DNA of 29,998 nucleotides, taken from assembly GCA_038042445.1 (NCBI GenBank), contig JBBTED010000121.1, positions 1-29,998 on the forward strand, read 5' to 3'. The position numbers and the translations under genes are program-made. The notes beneath the pieces are model-generated. The model did not search any database, was not told the origin of the DNA, and was given only the letters and a program-made list of their open reading frames with translations. Below, in pieces: positions 27,066 through 29,998 of this stretch. Numbering within the stretch: the first letter of the stretch is position 1; the number at the start of each line of letters is the position of its first letter. Source of the DNA: Candidatus Firestoneibacteriota bacterium. GTDB lineage: Bacteria > Oederibacteriota > D2-FULL-39-29 > JBBTED01.

Positions 27066-28367
27066 ATGCAAAGTGTAAAGTGCAAAATTAAAAATTTCAA
27101 AGGTCTAAAAAACGAAAGCATTATTATTTTGATAATTTGTTTTTTGTTTTGTTCTATGTTCATTGGTTGCAAAAAAAATACAGGAAAAACTGATGTTGTT
27201 TTTTGGCATGCAATGGGAGATCCAAATGACAAAATTTTAAATTCACTAATTTTAGATTTTGAAACAGAAAATCCGAATATCAACATAAAAGCAGAATATA
27301 TTGGTAATTATGATGTGTTAATGCAAAAAATACTGGCATCAATAGTTGCTGAAAATCCACCTGATATATCACAGGTTTATGAAAATTGGACCACAAGGTT
27401 AAAAGAGGCTGGTGCTATTGTTCCATTACAAAAATTTATTAATGGTCCAGATGGGCTTTCCAGAGAAAACATTAAAGATATATTCCCGATTTTTATTAAA
27501 AACGTAAGTTATGATGGTATGATATGGACATTTCCATTTAACAAAAGTATATATGTTTACTATTATAATGCAGCGCATTTTAAAGAATGTGGTATAGATA
27601 AACCTCCTGCTACAATTGATGAATTTCTTGAAACTTGCAAAAAACTTACAAAATATGATTCTAAAGGGAATGTCCAACGTTATGGTTTTGCATTTAAAGC
27701 CAATGTTGATATATTTTCAATACTTTTATATATTAACGGAGGAAAATTTTTTGACAGTAAAAAACCTGTTGCAATATTCAACGATGAAACAGGAGTTAAA
27801 ACATTGCAATTTATAGTTGACCTCGTGAATACTCATAAAGTGGCATATTATACGAAAGAACATATGGATGCTGATTTTGCTTCTGGCAGGATGTCTTCTT
27901 TTATTGCCACAATTACGCATAAGAATTATTTGAAACCTGTGATTAAGTTTAAACTTGGTGTTGCTATGCTTTTTCGTGGCAAATTTGCTTTATCGCCAAT
28001 TGCAGGAACAAACCTCGCAATTTTTTCCAAATCATCTCACGAAAAACAAAAAGCAGGATGGAAATTTATAAAATGGCTTTTAACTCCTGAAAATTCTGCT
28101 AAGTGGAGTATTGGTACTTCATATTTACCAGTAAGACGTTCTGCTTTGTCTGTGAAAATGATGCAAGAACATTTAAAAGAAGACCCTGAATGTTTAATTG
28201 GCATAAAGTCTTTAGATATAGCCTGCACAGACCCAAGGCCTAAAATATGGAATGAAGTCAGAATATTTATAAGTGAAGCAATCGAAAAAGCACTCCTTGG
28301 CAAATCCACCCCCAAACAAGCATTAGACGAAGCAGTCACCAAAGTAAATCTTTTACTTTCAAAATAG
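27066..28367 (+). CDS. ABC transporter substrate-binding lipoprotein (UgpB-like)
   Basis: Lipobox FIGC, VFWHAMG, PPDI, PFNKS...YYN, AGWKFIKWL, YLPVRRSA. Confidence 0.9.
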   Translation: MQSVKCKIKNFKGLKNESIIILIICFLFCSMFIGCKKNTGKTDVVFWHAMGDPNDKILNSLILDFETENPNINIKAEYIGNYDVLMQKILASIVAENPPDISQVYENWTTRLKEAGAIVPLQKFINGPDGLSRENIKDIFPIFIKNVSYDGMIWTFPFNKSIYVYYYNAAHFKECGIDKPPATIDEFLETCKKLTKYDSKGNVQRYGFAFKANVDIFSILLYINGGKFFDSKKPVAIFNDETGVKTLQFIVDLVNTHKVAYYTKEHMDADFASGRMSSFIATITHKNYLKPVIKFKLGVAMLFRGKFALSPIAGTNLAIFSKSSHEKQKAGWKFIKWLLTPENSAKWSIGTSYLPVRRSALSVKMMQEHLKEDPECLIGIKSLDIACTDPRPKIWNEVRIFISEAIEKALLGKSTPKQALDEAVTKVNLLLSK

Positions 28368-28389
28368 AAATATATTTACAAGGAAAACT

Positions 28390-28782
28390 ATGATAAAATG
28401 TAAAAGATGTGAAAAAGAGAATGATAGTAAGCTTTGGAGATGTGAAGTATGTAATGAGCTTCTTCACGAAGAACAAATTTCGCGTGAGAAAAAAAAGAAA
28501 CCAAAAAATTATATAGTATTTTCAATATTGCTTATTCTTTCGTTTATTCCTACTGCGATTATTTCTTTTTATTACGGGTTAAAGGTTAATTCTAATTTTC
28601 GTGCTGGAGATTACGATAAAGCAGAGGTCTGTAGCAAAAAAGCAAAACTTTGGTTCTGGATTTCGATTGGTATAAGCATAATATTAACAATCATATTTTT
28701 GAAATATATTTTATCTATGTATAATCAGCTTAACCCGTTGATTAATAAACAGATGCAGGATATTCTAAATCAAACAAGATGA
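28390..28782 (+). CDS. Zinc-ribbon + CD225/dispanin-family membrane protein
   Basis: CKRC...CEVC, then PKNY..FSIL......P.AII...Y..KV......GDY..A...SKKAK.W (CD225 pattern). Confidence 0.75.
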   Translation: MIKCKRCEKENDSKLWRCEVCNELLHEEQISREKKKKPKNYIVFSILLILSFIPTAIISFYYGLKVNSNFRAGDYDKAEVCSKKAKLWFWISIGISIILTIIFLKYILSMYNQLNPLINKQMQDILNQTR

Positions 28783-28788
28783 AGACAA

Positions 28789-28860
28789 GGTAGCCGCAGG
28801 CTTTAGCCTGCGAAAAAAACGGTAAAAAAACAATACCGCAAGCTAAAGCTTGCGGCTACC
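28789..28860. repeat. GTAG-tagged REP doublet
   Basis: GGTAGC-CGCAGGC-TTTA-GCCTGCG ... CGCAAGC-TAAA-GCTTGCG-GCTACC. Confidence 0.85.
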
Positions 28861-28894
28861 AATACAAAGAAAAAATATGGGGAGGAGATAGTAT

Positions 28895-29548
28895 ATGAAT
28901 ACTAAAAAACGGGCGTTAATTGTATGGGGTGGATGGGATGGGCATGAACCAAAAAAATGTGCAGATATTTTTGAACCATATTTAAGAGAAAAAAATTATG
29001 ATGTTGAAGTTTCGGATACTCTTGATGTTTACTTAAATCAGGAGAAAATAAAATCTTTAGATTTGATAGTGCCTATTTGGACTATGGGAACTATTACGGA
29101 TAAACAACAGAATGGATTGCTTGAAGCTGTTAAAAGTGGCGTTGGTATTGCAGGTTGGCATGGTGGTTTGGGAGATTCATTTCGCAATAATGTTGAGTAT
29201 CAATTTATGGTTGACGGACAATGGGTTGTTCATCCTGGTGGAGTAATTGATTATGAAGTCAATATTACAGACCATAATGATCCTGTAACATCAGGGTTAA
29301 AAGATTTCAAAATGCATTCAGAACAGTATTATATGCACATAGATCCTTCTAATAAAGTTTTGGCAACTACTACTTTTGATGATAAGATTCTTCCTTGGAT
29401 TAAAGGTTGTGTTATGCCTGTTGTATGGAAGAGAATGTATGGAGAAGGTAGAGTATTTTACTCATCCTGTGGTCATATTGCTAAAGATTTTGAAGTGGAC
29501 GAAGCTTTGGAAATAGTAAAACGCGGAATGCTCTGGGCAAGCAGATAA
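28895..29548 (+). CDS. ThuA-like (class I GATase-fold) protein
   Basis: [50 protein letters not shown]. Confidence 0.88.
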   Translation: MNTKKRALIVWGGWDGHEPKKCADIFEPYLREKNYDVEVSDTLDVYLNQEKIKSLDLIVPIWTMGTITDKQQNGLLEAVKSGVGIAGWHGGLGDSFRNNVEYQFMVDGQWVVHPGGVIDYEVNITDHNDPVTSGLKDFKMHSEQYYMHIDPSNKVLATTTFDDKILPWIKGCVMPVVWKRMYGEGRVFYSSCGHIAKDFEVDEALEIVKRGMLWASR

Positions 29549-29765
29549 ATTTACAATATTTGTTTTAAATTACCATTTTGAAATATTCATACATCTATTA
29601 TATTTATGGTTATTAAAAAGTGCACCAAAAAGATAAAATAGTGCAATTGACAAAATCACTGATTTATATGATACTTTATAAAGAGTTGGGATGTATGGAA
29701 TTAGAAATGAAATGAAAAAAATAATCATGGATAAAATAGGGGGTTTAGTGCGTAAGGGGGGATAT

Positions 29766-29998
29766 ATGAGAATATATTTCATGGTATTAATGGCAATTGT
29801 AATTATTTTTGTAAATTCGTTGTCTTGGGCTGAAGTTTCATATACTTCTGCGCTATATAAAAATCAGCTTCCAGTTGAGATAAAAAATGGAACATTTTAT
29901 AGGGATGGTAAACCTGTATTTTTTTTAGGATGGCATTTAGAGGAATTAAATCCAACAAGTCATCAAGGTGGGAATTGGGAAGGTTCAAATCACAGAAT
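29766..29998 (+). CDS. Secreted protein, possibly a glycoside hydrolase (5' part only)
   Basis: G-rich SD before ATG 29766; MRIYFMVLMAIVIIFVNSLSWA signal peptide; VEIKNGTFYRDGKPVFFLG resembles GH TIM-barrel N-termini. Frame is open to the window end. Candidate promoter TTGACA-17-GATACT at 29647-29675. Confidence 0.55.
   Translation, partial: MRIYFMVLMAIVIIFVNSLSWAEVSYTSALYKNQLPVEIKNGTFYRDGKPVFFLGWHLEELNPTSHQGGNWEGSNHR

Noticed and set aside
1065..28860. CRISPR array interpretation of the palindromic repeats
   Set aside because: The repeats are dispersed singlets or doublets with no regular repeat-spacer periodicity, and there are no cas genes.
29712..29765. In-frame upstream ATG with G-runs as a phase-variable leader
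   Set aside because: The G-runs are only 5-6 nt, and the second serves as the SD for ATG 29766, which gives a clean signal peptide.
1..29998. tRNA, rRNA, prophage or autonomous transposase
   Set aside because: No recognisable cloverleaf, rRNA, integrase or transposase motifs were seen.

Overview
AT-rich bacterial chromosomal window from a diderm organism (TolC and outer-membrane beta-barrels are present). From left to right: (1) a minus-strand operon with a sigma70 promoter, cobalamin riboswitch and intrinsic terminator. It encodes a 47-aa Cys/His/Tyr peptide missing from the ORF track (CbpA-like), a radical SAM/SPASM enzyme (CbpB-like) and cobT, which runs off the edge. (2) A VWA/GATase-like membrane protein. 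(3) An accessory patch with an orphan antitoxin-like gene, a CsgG-like/beta-barrel protein, and a Panacea antitoxin paired with a divergent MazF-like toxin. (4) A TetR-TolC-HlyD-ABC efflux operon of the YbhGFSR type, whose TolC carries one in-frame TAA. (5) A GAF-PAS protein with no output domain. (6) A minus-strand operon of two Ddl-like ATP-grasp ligases plus a KamA-type lysine 2,3-aminomutase. (7) DUF523, HU, hisG, a beta-barrel, DUF1844, pgpA, cinA, glgA, a sugar ABC transporter, a Zn-ribbon/CD225 protein, a ThuA-like protein and the start of a secreted glycoside-hydrolase-like gene. Intergenic spaces hold at least four families of small repeats: GTAG-tagged REP doublets, TGTC-tagged doublets (one inside a MITE-like element), C/G-rich hairpins and degenerate heptamer arrays. 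The best candidates for uncharacterised systems are the B12-riboswitch-controlled peptide/rSAM (RiPP-like) module and the KamA + 2x ATP-grasp cluster. All family calls come from motif recognition by eye, not database searches.
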